Source of the DNA: Candidatus Daviesbacteria bacterium
GTDB lineage: Bacteria > Patescibacteriota > Microgenomatia > Daviesbacterales > UBA10151
Direction of reading: 5' to 3'
DNA: 64,000 nucleotides
Assembly (NCBI GenBank): GCA_041690695.1
Contig: JBEPVZ010000003.1
Location: forward strand, 13,633 to 77,632
Shown here: positions 20,263 through 29,750 of the stretch, piece by piece
Layout of the letters: the number at the start of each line of letters is the position of its first letter
Numbering within the stretch: position 1 is the first letter of the stretch
The notes under the pieces: model-generated
Database searches by the model: none
The model's input: the letters and a program-made list of their open reading frames with translations, nothing else
Told to the model about the DNA's origin: nothing
Translations under genes and position numbers: made by a program

Positions 20263-20985
20263 TCAGGTTAGTAGCTTTCTACCATGGATTATTGAGTATG
20301 CTAAAAAGTCTTGATGAGTATCTAAAACAACATTAATTGATTCGTCGAGAAGAATTTGTCGCTTTTCCTGACCAATATCTTCTAGCTTAAACCAAACTTC
20401 CAATTCTTGCCAAAATAGATTCCAGTTTGAAACTTTCGAAAAATCATATTTAGTAAATAAATCAAAATAAGCTTTTAAATTCTGTTCAGTTTCAGCTAAA
20501 TCGATTTTAAAAAAATCAGCTAAAATCAGGCTGATCTGCTTTTGGTCAATCTTTTTAATTGCCGCTTTAAGTTGGGCTTGAAAGGCTGGCTGATCTTTTA
20601 GTAACAAAATATCTACCCCACTCTCAATATAGTTGTGGGCTTTACCGGTCGCATTATCTACTGGCAAACCATAATATTTGCTAACTAATTTAACCAACTC
20701 CTTATTATGTTGAAAGGCATAACCTGGTTTAGTTAAATACTCAAGATGAGTAAAGTCATCCAAAACATTGTGGCCAATAACTCCTTTGGCTAAGTTAATA
20801 TAATCAGGATATTTTTCAAGAACAAATTGGTGAAATTTATTCCGCTCCTCTAGCCCATGCAAACCGCCAGCCCAGCCGATGGTTTTAGTAACAGCTGAGT
20901 CTGGCAAAATCCCCCCAACCAGTATTAACGGATCATCAGACTTATATAACTTAGAGACTACATAAGCATGCATGTGATGAAACAT
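20263..20985 (-). CDS. Zn-dependent phospholipase C-like helical protein
   Basis: N-terminal His, GGILPD, GLH, GVIGHNVLDDFTH, AHNYIESGVD match the metal-ligand spacing of the Zn_dep_PLPC-like fold. Confidence 0.5.
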   Translation of the reverse strand: MFHHMHAYVVSKLYKSDDPLILVGGILPDSAVTKTIGWAGGLHGLEERNKFHQFVLEKYPDYINLAKGVIGHNVLDDFTHLEYLTKPGYAFQHNKELVKLVSKYYGLPVDNATGKAHNYIESGVDILLLKDQPAFQAQLKAAIKKIDQKQISLILADFFKIDLAETEQNLKAYFDLFTKYDFSKVSNWNLFWQELEVWFKLEDIGQEKRQILLDESINVVLDTHQDFLAYSIIHGRKLLT

Positions 20986-20988
20986 AAT

Positions 20989-21609
20989 TTATTTAAAGAG
21001 ATCTTCAAAATATGCCCTAGTCCCAGCCAAAATCTGGCGAGCATCAGCATTATTTGTGATGATATGGAGCAGTTCTGGAATCTGCTCAGCCATCTCTTGA
21101 CCATCGATCAGCTTTTCGCAAAAATGACCAACAGATAATGATGATGGCGGTTCCGAAATATAATCACTAATTAATTTATGCCAAGCCTCAACATCTTGAG
21201 TCTGTAAACCATAGCTTAGTTCGTCAGAATTAACTTCACGAAAAAAATCTTTAAACATAAACCAATCACGACTTAAGCCATATAAAAGAACATCTTCACC
21301 AAATTTTTCGGCCTGGCTAATAAATTTATTGTCGGGCAATAACTTATAAAGTCCTGATTGTTGAATATATTCAGTTCGTTTCAAGTCATGATAGTTATGG
21401 AAGAGTAAGCCGGCTTTAAAGGGATCTTTTTCAGCTTTAACTTGTTCTAAACTGACCTCACTGAAATGAGTTTTAGTACGATCAATAATACCGAGGTATC
21501 GAATATCTGGAAAGCTTGTCCCGACGATGAAAGCTTTCTGGTCAATTTCTAAACCACTAATATCGAAAAATCTTTTAGCAAAATAAATGTGACTGACTGG
21601 CGCGGCCAT
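20989..21609 (-). CDS. Zn-dependent phospholipase C-like helical protein
   Basis: PVSH, GTSFPDIRY, THF, GLLFHNYHD. Confidence 0.5.
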   Translation of the reverse strand: MAAPVSHIYFAKRFFDISGLEIDQKAFIVGTSFPDIRYLGIIDRTKTHFSEVSLEQVKAEKDPFKAGLLFHNYHDLKRTEYIQQSGLYKLLPDNKFISQAEKFGEDVLLYGLSRDWFMFKDFFREVNSDELSYGLQTQDVEAWHKLISDYISEPPSSLSVGHFCEKLIDGQEMAEQIPELLHIITNNADARQILAGTRAYFEDLFK

Positions 21610-21634
21610 AATAGAACATATATACTATCACAAA

Positions 21635-22693
21635 ATGAACTCTCAGCCAGAATCAGCTAAAGCCGTTGAACAAAGAAAACGAGAACATATCCAGATTCCC
21701 CTCTCCCAAGATGTCAGTTACAAAACTAAAACGACCATGTTTGAAGATGTAATTTTATTTCATAATGCCCTCCCGGAAATTAATCGCTTAGATATTGATA
21801 CCTCAGTTAAGTTCTTAAACCATCCTATTAAGGCCCCAATTATGATTACCGGCATGACCGGGGGAGCTAAAGAAGCGGCAGTTATTAATAAAAATATTGC
21901 TCGGGCTTGCCAGAAATTAGGAATCGCCATGGGATTAGGTAGTATGAAAGCTATGATTGTTGAACCTTCTTTGACTTATACCTATCAAGTTCGAGAGGTC
22001 GCCCCTGATATTTTATTAGCTGGCAATATTGGAGGAAATGACTTGCGCCATTTTTCAGTTGAAGTTTTAAAAAAGGCTCTAAAAGATGTCGGAGCTGATA
22101 TTTTGGCTGTTCATTTAAATCCAGCTCAAGAATTAGTTCAAAAAGAAGGTCAGGCCGAATTCGCCGATGTGCTAAAAACCATTGCGGACTACTCAAAAAA
22201 ATTGCCAATTTATGTCAAAGAAGTTGGTCAAGGTTTATCTCCTGAAGTAGTTAAGAAGCTATCTCAAACTAATATCCTGGCGTTAGACGTATCGGGGGCA
22301 GGTGGAACAAATTGGATTGATATTGAATATAAACGTCGCGGTTTAGATTTTGGTCCGCTCAGTAATTGGGGAATTCCGACAGCACTGGCTGTTCATCTAG
22401 CATCTCAAAACACCAAGTTGCCGATCCTCGCCAGTGGTGGAATTCGAACTGGCCAAGATGTTATTAAAGCCTTAATCTTGGGAGCCAGTATCGCTGGAAT
22501 GGCCATCCCGGCTTTAAAATCCGGTAACCAAAGTTATGAGGCTGTTGAAGAGAGTCTAGGAAACTTAATCAAAGAGGTTGGAGATATTATGTTTTTATTA
22601 GGAGCGAGGAACTTAGATGAAGTGAAGAAGATTAAACCAATGATTGTGGGTAGATTAAGAGAGGTCATTGCGAGTGCATCCGAAGTAATCTAA
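21635..22693 (+). CDS. fni: Type 2 isopentenyl-diphosphate isomerase (FMN)
   Basis: RKREHI, HNALPE, ITGMTGG, GLGS, HLNPAQE, VKEVG, DVSGAGGTNW, WGIPT, ASGGIR. Confidence 0.95.
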   Translation: MNSQPESAKAVEQRKREHIQIPLSQDVSYKTKTTMFEDVILFHNALPEINRLDIDTSVKFLNHPIKAPIMITGMTGGAKEAAVINKNIARACQKLGIAMGLGSMKAMIVEPSLTYTYQVREVAPDILLAGNIGGNDLRHFSVEVLKKALKDVGADILAVHLNPAQELVQKEGQAEFADVLKTIADYSKKLPIYVKEVGQGLSPEVVKKLSQTNILALDVSGAGGTNWIDIEYKRRGLDFGPLSNWGIPTALAVHLASQNTKLPILASGGIRTGQDVIKALILGASIAGMAIPALKSGNQSYEAVEESLGNLIKEVGDIMFLLGARNLDEVKKIKPMIVGRLREVIASASEVI

Positions 22694-22749
22694 CTAAAAT
22701 CCTGGACCAATTAAATAGATCGCCACGTCGCTACGCTCCTCGCGATGAC
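22664..22749. repeat. REP/RPE-like palindromic element
   Basis: GTCATTGCGAG...CTCGCGATGAC terminal inverted repeats with an internal GTAATCT/AGATCGC stem; overlaps the 3' end of fni. Confidence 0.7.
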
Positions 22750-22751
22750 AA

Positions 22752-23429
22752 TTAAGGCTCTGTCGTTTGTTCTGGACCCTTATCCCGGAAAACATTAATA
22801 AACTCCCCGATCTTACTTTTATCAATCTTGGTAAGTTTCTCGCTTCTCCCCCAAGCCGTTAAAATTAATGGTGAATCCATACCTAGCCTCGGCATAAAGA
22901 TTAATTTGTGTTGACCAAATTGGTTATACAAATCTTTTAATTGGTTTTTAAAAGTATCACAACTGCCATCGCTAAAGCTTTTAGGCATACTGGCTAAACT
23001 GGCAGATGGGCTACCCTCACTACCTCCAGCCATAGTTCGATTAGCTAAATCAGTAAATGGATCAGTAGTTGCGTTAGCGGCTGGACTAGCAATTTCGGCA
23101 GCATATGCAGCGGGAATTAAATCAGCTGCCAGTGGCTTCTCACAGTCGTACCAAAAGATAATGTAACCGTGCTCTTGGGAGTGAACGACATAACCATCCG
23201 CTCTCGGGGTATCATAAAAACCTTTAGTAATCCAACTTGGATAGTGATTACCTGAGGTTGGAGGATTAAATTGATAAGGCGTTGGTGCACCAAGATCTAA
23301 ATGATTTCGACCTGGTTGGAGCTGGGCTACCCCAGGTAAAGGTTTTGTTGATTCGATAAAAGCCCAGGTTAGAACGGCAATGGTTATTAAAACGGCAGCA
23401 ATAATAATTAAAAGTTTCTTATTTTTCAT
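22752..23429 (-). CDS. DUF3105 family membrane-anchored protein
   Basis: N-terminal TM; NPPTSGNHY, VHSQEHGYIIFWY, LTAWGR, GPE. Confidence 0.8.
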   Translation of the reverse strand: MKNKKLLIIIAAVLITIAVLTWAFIESTKPLPGVAQLQPGRNHLDLGAPTPYQFNPPTSGNHYPSWITKGFYDTPRADGYVVHSQEHGYIIFWYDCEKPLAADLIPAAYAAEIASPAANATTDPFTDLANRTMAGGSEGSPSASLASMPKSFSDGSCDTFKNQLKDLYNQFGQHKLIFMPRLGMDSPLILTAWGRSEKLTKIDKSKIGEFINVFRDKGPEQTTEP

Positions 23430-24020
23430 CTAAATCCCTTTCTGTGCTTTCTCCAAACCATCTTCGATATAAATCTTAACAACCTCAATGGCTTTTTTAA
23501 TCATTCGCTTAACAACCGGTCGATCTGATTCATCAAACAGATCAATCACAAAATGTTCAGCGTTAAAACTCGTCCGGTGATGTTCTCCCCGAAAAGCTTG
23601 GGTAGTCCCAATTCCAAGTCGGAGTCTAGCAAACTGGTCTGTACCAAGCTCTTTAATAACTGATTCTACTCCATGATGTCCGGCCGCTGCCCCACCCAAA
23701 CGTAGTTTCATCTTGCCGAGCGGTAAATCGAGTTCGTCATGGATTATTAAAATATCCTCAGAAGCAACTTTGTAGAAAGATTTCAGTAAGCTGACCGCAA
23801 TTCCAGAGTTGTTCATGAAAGTCTGAGGTTTTACAAAAAGCAATTGGTCATTGGTGGCTGGTAGCTGGTAGCTGGTAATTTCACTTTTGAACTTCTTTTC
23901 GAAAGTGAATTCGGAGGCATGAAGCTTTTTGGCTAAGGTATCAATCGTTTCAAAACCAAAGTTATGGCGAGTGCCAGTATGTTCTTCGCCTGGATTACCC
24001 AAGCCTATTATTAGTTTCAT
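23430..24020 (-). CDS. pth: Peptidyl-tRNA hydrolase
   Basis: LIIGLGNPG, TRHNFG, KPQTFMNNSG, HDELD, GHHG, RLRLGIG. Confidence 0.96.
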   Translation of the reverse strand: MKLIIGLGNPGEEHTGTRHNFGFETIDTLAKKLHASEFTFEKKFKSEITSYQLPATNDQLLFVKPQTFMNNSGIAVSLLKSFYKVASEDILIIHDELDLPLGKMKLRLGGAAAGHHGVESVIKELGTDQFARLRLGIGTTQAFRGEHHRTSFNAEHFVIDLFDESDRPVVKRMIKKAIEVVKIYIEDGLEKAQKGI

Positions 24021-24649
24021 ATTAAATTAAGCTGTTCTACCCCCTCCTTCTTTTCTGTTTTCACTTCAGCTTGGCCCTTTTTAAACGCTTCGAGAATTTT
24101 GGGGATAGCCTGAAAATCTTCTTCAAACAACTTTAACATAGCCGTTGCCCGAAGTGCTGCAGCAGGATGATACATTGGGATAACTAGAATTTCCTCACCA
24201 TTAAACACAACTTGGCGAGGTTTGCCATGAACAACTGAAATTTTAACATCCGGGATAAATTTGTTCATCGAAAAACGACCGAGGGTAATTATAATTTTAG
24301 GATCGACAATCGCTATCTCCTCGTCAACATAGGGCTGAAAAGCCGCAATTTCAGATGGCTCTGGATCGCGATTTCCTGGCGGACGATATCTCACAATATT
24401 TGAGATATAAATTTCGGGACGGGTAATACCAATCGATTCGAGAGTTTTACTGAGTAATTTGCCCGCTTGACCAATAAACGGTTTACCATCCCGATCTTCA
24501 TAAAAACCGGGGGCTTCACCGAGAAAATAGAGCTCAGAATCGGGGTTCCCATCACCAAAAACAAGTTGAGTGGCTCCAGCCCGAAGGGGCAACGACATAT
24601 CCTCCTCCATTCGTTTTTTGAGATCAGTTAACCGCTCTTGTTTTGTCAT
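24017..24649 (-). CDS. Uracil-DNA glycosylase family 4
   Basis: GEAPG, PFIGQAGKLL, RPPGNRDP, YHPAAALR; lacks the Fe-S Cys residues. Confidence 0.9.
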   Translation of the reverse strand: MTKQERLTDLKKRMEEDMSLPLRAGATQLVFGDGNPDSELYFLGEAPGFYEDRDGKPFIGQAGKLLSKTLESIGITRPEIYISNIVRYRPPGNRDPEPSEIAAFQPYVDEEIAIVDPKIIITLGRFSMNKFIPDVKISVVHGKPRQVVFNGEEILVIPMYHPAAALRATAMLKLFEEDFQAIPKILEAFKKGQAEVKTEKKEGVEQLNLI

Positions 24650-24686
24650 CTTTCTAAATTTATCACTCCTACCTGCGAACTACCAG

Positions 24687-26441
24687 CTACTGTTTTTTAT
24701 ACTGCTGATTATACATTTCGACTAACTCTTTAACCGTCGTCGCATCTTCAGCCTTTTTATCAGCTTCACGGAAACGGACTAATCTCGGGAATCTGAGGGC
24801 ATAACCTGGAGTTTTTTCGCCCGAGGCTGAGTTTACCGAAGCCCCAGCGGTATGGTTTGGCGACTTGGTGATTTCATCCGCCAAAACCTCAATCACGATC
24901 TCAGGTTTAACCCAAACTGATGGAGTTAAAAGAGAAACCACCCGAGCTGGCTTTTGATCAACTTTAATCTTATCAGCCCGTTTATGAATCTCGCGCCATT
25001 CATCGTCGGTTAAGCCAGTTCCGATCTTGGAAACCGTGACAAATTGGTCGTTTTCTTTATCATAAACTCCGACCAAAAGTGCTCCAGCTCCAAACTCAGC
25101 CCGCTTGCCCCGACCATAAATGTATCCTAGGATAACGGTATCAATGGTATCTTTAAGCTCACCTGACGAGTGGCGCTTGATCTTAATCCAGTTAAAATTT
25201 CTTGCTCCAGCTTGATAAGTTGAATCTGGACGCTTAACGATCAAGCCTTCAAGCCCTTTAGACAAGGCCTCTTCAAACATATTGGTAATCTTGTCCGGTT
25301 CAGTCACGAACTGGCCTGGTTGAGGCATGAGAACATCATCCCCCTTGATCGAGTCTGTCATCAATTTAATTCGCTCTTTGAGCGGCTTATCGACTAACGA
25401 CTTGCCGTTTAAATACATAATGTCAAAAACGAAGGCCTTCAGAGGCAGAGTCTTTGACATCTCTTCGATTCCATATTTGCGGCGACGTTTGGTCGTCTCT
25501 TGAAATGGTAAAAACTCTTCAGATTCAGGATTATATGCCAAAGCTTCAGAGTCTAAAATAATTGATTTAGCCTTGATTTGACTTAAAACCCCAGCAATAA
25601 TATCCGGGAACATTGGGGTGGTCTCTTCGAGATTTCTGGAAAATAGTCTAACTTTTTGGCCATTTTTATGAATTTGAACCCGAAATCCATCGTATTTATA
25701 TTGCAAATGGGCTTCCCCACCAAACTTTTCGAGGATTGTTTTAGGATCAGTAATCCGCTCACACAATTGGGACCGAATTGGCCGACCAACCGTCACATCG
25801 AGCTTTTCAATCGCCTTCAGCCCACCTTCCCAAAGTGTTTCACCAACTAGACCTAAATCTGAAACCTTGTTATAAGCCTCTTCCAATAACTTTCTTTTAG
25901 ACCGATCGCCCAACTTTAATGCTGCAAAGGCGTCTAAAACCGTCGGATCACCAATTCCGAGCCGACTTGCTCCAATTGGGATCCGAACGAGATGTTTAGC
26001 CTCAATTGGGCTAGCGTGCTCAAGTAATTTGGCGAGTGAGGATATTTTGTATTCTACAGTACCATCTCCTTTTGTCTCAGCAATCTTTCTAAGTTCGTCA
26101 AAGACATTTTTGACGGTTAGTTTATTTCCAGTTTGTCTTTTCTTATTGCTTAAGTTCTCAGCAACTTTTCCCAGATCTCCCACTCGGCCATCTTCTTTTA
26201 AAACCTCTTCCCGATCAACCGTATATGCTCGAGCAATTGCTCCGGCAACACTCTTCTCTGCCATACCAATCTCTGTTGCCTCATAAAATGGCGCCACTCG
26301 GCCTTGGATTAGATAACTGACCATGGCGACTTCATCCTTTTCAACATGGCTAAACAGCTCAGATAAGATCTCAATTAAAGTTAGGCGTGAAGATGTCCCT
26401 TCGAGCTTTTCAAAGTATTCAGTCAGAGTTTTAAATGTCAT
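24687..26441 (-). CDS. ATP-dependent DNA ligase (archaeal/eukaryotic Lig I-like architecture)
   Basis: N-terminal DNA-binding domain, KYDGFRVQIHK, FDIMYLNG, EGLIVK, WIKIK, GTG, LRFPR; ATG start at 26441. Confidence 0.93.
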   Translation of the reverse strand: MTFKTLTEYFEKLEGTSSRLTLIEILSELFSHVEKDEVAMVSYLIQGRVAPFYEATEIGMAEKSVAGAIARAYTVDREEVLKEDGRVGDLGKVAENLSNKKRQTGNKLTVKNVFDELRKIAETKGDGTVEYKISSLAKLLEHASPIEAKHLVRIPIGASRLGIGDPTVLDAFAALKLGDRSKRKLLEEAYNKVSDLGLVGETLWEGGLKAIEKLDVTVGRPIRSQLCERITDPKTILEKFGGEAHLQYKYDGFRVQIHKNGQKVRLFSRNLEETTPMFPDIIAGVLSQIKAKSIILDSEALAYNPESEEFLPFQETTKRRRKYGIEEMSKTLPLKAFVFDIMYLNGKSLVDKPLKERIKLMTDSIKGDDVLMPQPGQFVTEPDKITNMFEEALSKGLEGLIVKRPDSTYQAGARNFNWIKIKRHSSGELKDTIDTVILGYIYGRGKRAEFGAGALLVGVYDKENDQFVTVSKIGTGLTDDEWREIHKRADKIKVDQKPARVVSLLTPSVWVKPEIVIEVLADEITKSPNHTAGASVNSASGEKTPGYALRFPRLVRFREADKKAEDATTVKELVEMYNQQYKKQ

Positions 26442-26505
26442 TACGATCAAATTATAGCATTGGTGAGTAGGTTGACAAGCTCGTGAATTCGAGTAAGATT
26501 AAATC

Positions 26506-27273
26506 ATGTCCGATCTAGGTCAAGTCGAAAGTGAGAGAACGGAGCGGAGAGCTCAACCTCAACTAGAATCACCCACTATCTATCAGGTAACTCTAGAAAG
26601 AGCTATGTCTATCATGGACTACCTTACTGAGATGAAACCCTCTAAGCAGGAGGGTATTGAGCTGATTCAAAATGCTCTCTTAGATTTTGCCGTTATTGAT
26701 ACTCGAACTAAGCTTCTTAACTTAGTAGGATTACATTACGAACTTAATGAAGCGATGTTGCGCGCTCATACCAAGAACCAACCATTATCGATCCTAGTTT
26801 TAGATGCTGATAGATTTAAATCTATTAATGATACTTATGGTCATAGAGTTGGCGATTTAATTATCCAGGCCATTGCTGAAGCAATCAAAGATGCTATGCG
26901 AGAATCAGACGCCGCTGCCCATGTTAACCTCTCAGAACCGGTTGCCTCGACTGTTCGATCTGACTCCAAAGAAGAAACTGCGGCTCGACCAGGTGGGGAC
27001 GAATTTGTGGTAATTATGGCTGGTAGTGGTCCCGAAGGAGCCCAAAAACTAAGTGCCAGGATTCAAGAAACAGTTATTCCCCATCTACCAAAGGCCCCTG
27101 ATGTTCCTGAATCGTTTGCAAAAGATTTTAGCATGACCATTGGGATGGCGACCTATGACACAAGAATAGATTCTGATACCCATAAGTTTTTAGAAAGAGC
27201 TGATTTCGATATGATGGAGCGTAAAAAAGTCCGTGGAGTCAGTCGAACTCAGGTGGAAACACCCAAGACATAG
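26506..27273 (+). CDS. GGDEF diguanylate cyclase domain protein
   Basis: DADRFKSINDTYGHRVGD, RPGGDEF, TIGMA, ERAD. Confidence 0.88.
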   Translation: MSDLGQVESERTERRAQPQLESPTIYQVTLERAMSIMDYLTEMKPSKQEGIELIQNALLDFAVIDTRTKLLNLVGLHYELNEAMLRAHTKNQPLSILVLDADRFKSINDTYGHRVGDLIIQAIAEAIKDAMRESDAAAHVNLSEPVASTVRSDSKEETAARPGGDEFVVIMAGSGPEGAQKLSARIQETVIPHLPKAPDVPESFAKDFSMTIGMATYDTRIDSDTHKFLERADFDMMERKKVRGVSRTQVETPKT

Positions 27274-28301
27274 ATCGCTCGCTTAGTATTACCCTCTTTT
27301 TTAACCAATCCCTTTTGTTTTAAAAACTTTAATTCTCTTAAAACTGTATCGTCTGAAAAGTCGGGAAAGATCTTTCGAAAGTCTTTATTACGCATTTCAG
27401 CATGTTTATTTAAATACTCAATAATCGCCATTTGGCGCTCGTTGAGAACAACTTCTTCTCCAAGCTGATCTTTTTGATGACTTTCTGATGCGACCTTTAA
27501 AACGATCTCTTTTAACTTATCAACTTGTATCGCCACGCCCCGACTAAAGTATTCAAGCCACAAAGTTAGATCGCGTTCATGAACATCGAGGACCTTTTGA
27601 TTAGCCGCAGACTGTAAAATTTGATAATATTCAAGCTGTGTGGCTGCGAAGTAGCTCTCTAAGCTTAAAAAACCTTTTAAATCATATTGACCAATTCGAA
27701 GGATTAAATGGCTAAGTAGCCGGCCAACCGCCTCATTATTGCCACTAAAAGGCTGAATTCGATAGATCTCGAAATGAGCAATCGCAGATCTCAAAACCGG
27801 ATGAACTTCAATTGAGACGTCAGAGTTTAACCAATCAATTAAATCATCAATTAAATATGGTATCTCCGCGGCTGGAGGTGGAGAGTAACTAATTTGTCCA
27901 GTCTGGGCATTTCGGATTACTATTTCAGCTTCTCTAAATTGCTCGTCTCCTGAAATCAATCTTTGGAGTTCTAAGACCGTTTCTAGGGTCAAGAAGTTGG
28001 GCCGATCAAGTGAAATTTCAAGTTCATTAACCTCCCGTAAAGCTTTAAACAAGCTTTGATTAAATTGCCAATTTGAATCATCGTTGTTATCTCCGGCAAT
28101 TAACTGGTGAACTTGTTCTTCAGTTAAACTAACTCCTTCTAAAATTGAGCCGTAATAAGTACTGTCAGTTAAAGCTTGATGGCGAAGTTTAGTCAGCCAG
28201 GCTGGAATTAGCTCCGCGTGATTGATAACTTCTCGACCTCCATCAATTGAGCCAATATGCTTAAGAATGGAGTTGGTGATTAAATATTTAGGAATGAACA
28301 T
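27249..28301 (-). CDS. Fic/DOC family protein with C-terminal winged HTH; degenerate active site
   Basis: HPVLRSAIAHFEIYRIQPFSGNNEAVGRLL; C-terminal LNERQ...DTVLRELKFLKQKGLV. Confidence 0.8.
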   Translation of the reverse strand: MFIPKYLITNSILKHIGSIDGGREVINHAELIPAWLTKLRHQALTDSTYYGSILEGVSLTEEQVHQLIAGDNNDDSNWQFNQSLFKALREVNELEISLDRPNFLTLETVLELQRLISGDEQFREAEIVIRNAQTGQISYSPPPAAEIPYLIDDLIDWLNSDVSIEVHPVLRSAIAHFEIYRIQPFSGNNEAVGRLLSHLILRIGQYDLKGFLSLESYFAATQLEYYQILQSAANQKVLDVHERDLTLWLEYFSRGVAIQVDKLKEIVLKVASESHQKDQLGEEVVLNERQMAIIEYLNKHAEMRNKDFRKIFPDFSDDTVLRELKFLKQKGLVKKEGNTKRAIYVLGVST

Positions 28302-28349
28302 CTAAATTAATTATGACATTTCCCGCAAAAAATGTATAATTAAGCTCAG

Positions 28350-28646
28350 ATGGCTCAAAAAGAAACACCTGAAGAAAAAAAAGAAGAGAAAAACTTTCAC
28401 GAAGAGTTGTTAAGTCAACTTGTTACCTTAGCGACCTCTGGTTTTGGTCTAGTAGCGGCTTTAGCTTGGAATAATACGATTCAAGAGTTTGTTAAAGAGT
28501 ATATTGAGCCTAAAATCCCAGGATCTGGCCTCGTTTCAATGTTAGTTTACGCCGTTTTGATCACAGTTTTTGCCGTCTTTGTGACCTACCAACTGTCTCG
28601 CTTAGCCAGTAAAGTCGCCGCCAGAACCGCTTCCAAAAAAGATTAG
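28350..28646 (+). CDS. DUF5654-like small membrane protein
   Basis: LATSGFGLVAALAWN, YAVLITV; 2 TM segments. Confidence 0.75.
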   Translation: MAQKETPEEKKEEKNFHEELLSQLVTLATSGFGLVAALAWNNTIQEFVKEYIEPKIPGSGLVSMLVYAVLITVFAVFVTYQLSRLASKVAARTASKKD

Positions 28647-29746
28647 GCAGGGATTAGATTAGCCTGATTAACCTTAAAGATCTGACAATCTGTCGTTTTA
28701 AGTAAAGTTCTTAAATCGTCATCAAGCTCAACGGCCACCAAAATCGTTTGCTGTAATCCTAAAAGCCTACTAATATGTAGCCTGTGATCATGATCAAGTT
28801 CAGAGAAGATATCATCGAGGAGCATGATTGGCCGAGTCAGTAATTGAGTTTCAATAAAGGCAACTTCTGACAGCTTTAAATCTAAAACCCCCATCCGATG
28901 TTCCCCTCGTGAGCCATAAAGACCTAAATCTTGGTCATTAAAAATAAAGCTAAAGTCATCCCGGTGAGGACCAATTAGCGAGGTCGCGGCCGCAAGCTCT
29001 CGCCCACGGTAATCACGCAACCGCTCTGGAGTAACCAAACTCGGCGCATACTTAAATTGGTAGCTACCAAATTGTCTAGGAGCTTTATTTAAAAAATAAA
29101 ATAACTGTTGTCTTTTTTGACTAATCAGTTGGCCTAACTCGAGTTGCTGCTCAGACCAGAAATCGAGCTCATCGACTTTGGCAAAGCCTTCTTTAATCCG
29201 TTTTAAAACTCGATTTTTCTTAGTCACGACTTCACCATAATGAGTCAAGGCAATTTTATATTTAGGATCAATTTGAGCCAAAGTTAGATCAATATGCCAT
29301 CTCCTCAGAGACGGTGAGCCAGTTACTAAATTAATATCCTCAGGCGAAAATAAGACGACTGACAAATGTCCAATATAGTCAATAACCCGCCGACTAACCC
29401 CGTTAACTTTCATCCGCTTGGCAATTCGGCTACCTTCAAAGTTTGACCCTAACCCGCCAAAAGTAATCTCACCGACTGAACTTGGCATGTTTTGCATAGT
29501 TATTTCGAGGCTAGTCTGATCATCCAAGTGGCCAGTCACCGATAAGCTCGTCTGCTCTTGATTAATTAATTCCTCATCCTTATTGGCTTTTGAAGACTTT
29601 GTGGTCGCTAAAAAATAAATTGATTCTAAAAGATTAGATTTTCCTTGAGCATTGTCCCCAACCAAGATAATGGTCGTAGAAGTAAATTCAAGGTTAAGTT
29701 CAGAATAGTTGCGGAAGTTTTTTAAAGAGAGCTTCTGGAGAAACAT
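28643..29746 (-). CDS. recF: DNA replication/repair protein RecF
   Basis: NFRNY, GDNAQGKSNLLE, FSPED, GPHRDD, GSRGE, LLDDIFSELD; true start ATG 29746. Confidence 0.95.
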   Translation of the reverse strand: MFLQKLSLKNFRNYSELNLEFTSTTIILVGDNAQGKSNLLESIYFLATTKSSKANKDEELINQEQTSLSVTGHLDDQTSLEITMQNMPSSVGEITFGGLGSNFEGSRIAKRMKVNGVSRRVIDYIGHLSVVLFSPEDINLVTGSPSLRRWHIDLTLAQIDPKYKIALTHYGEVVTKKNRVLKRIKEGFAKVDELDFWSEQQLELGQLISQKRQQLFYFLNKAPRQFGSYQFKYAPSLVTPERLRDYRGRELAAATSLIGPHRDDFSFIFNDQDLGLYGSRGEHRMGVLDLKLSEVAFIETQLLTRPIMLLDDIFSELDHDHRLHISRLLGLQQTILVAVELDDDLRTLLKTTDCQIFKVNQANLIPA

Positions 29747-29750
29747 ACTA

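Noticed and set aside
26121-26155. Possible heptamer array in the ligase (NLSNKKRQTGNK)
   Set aside because: Too degenerate to separate from T-rich background by eye
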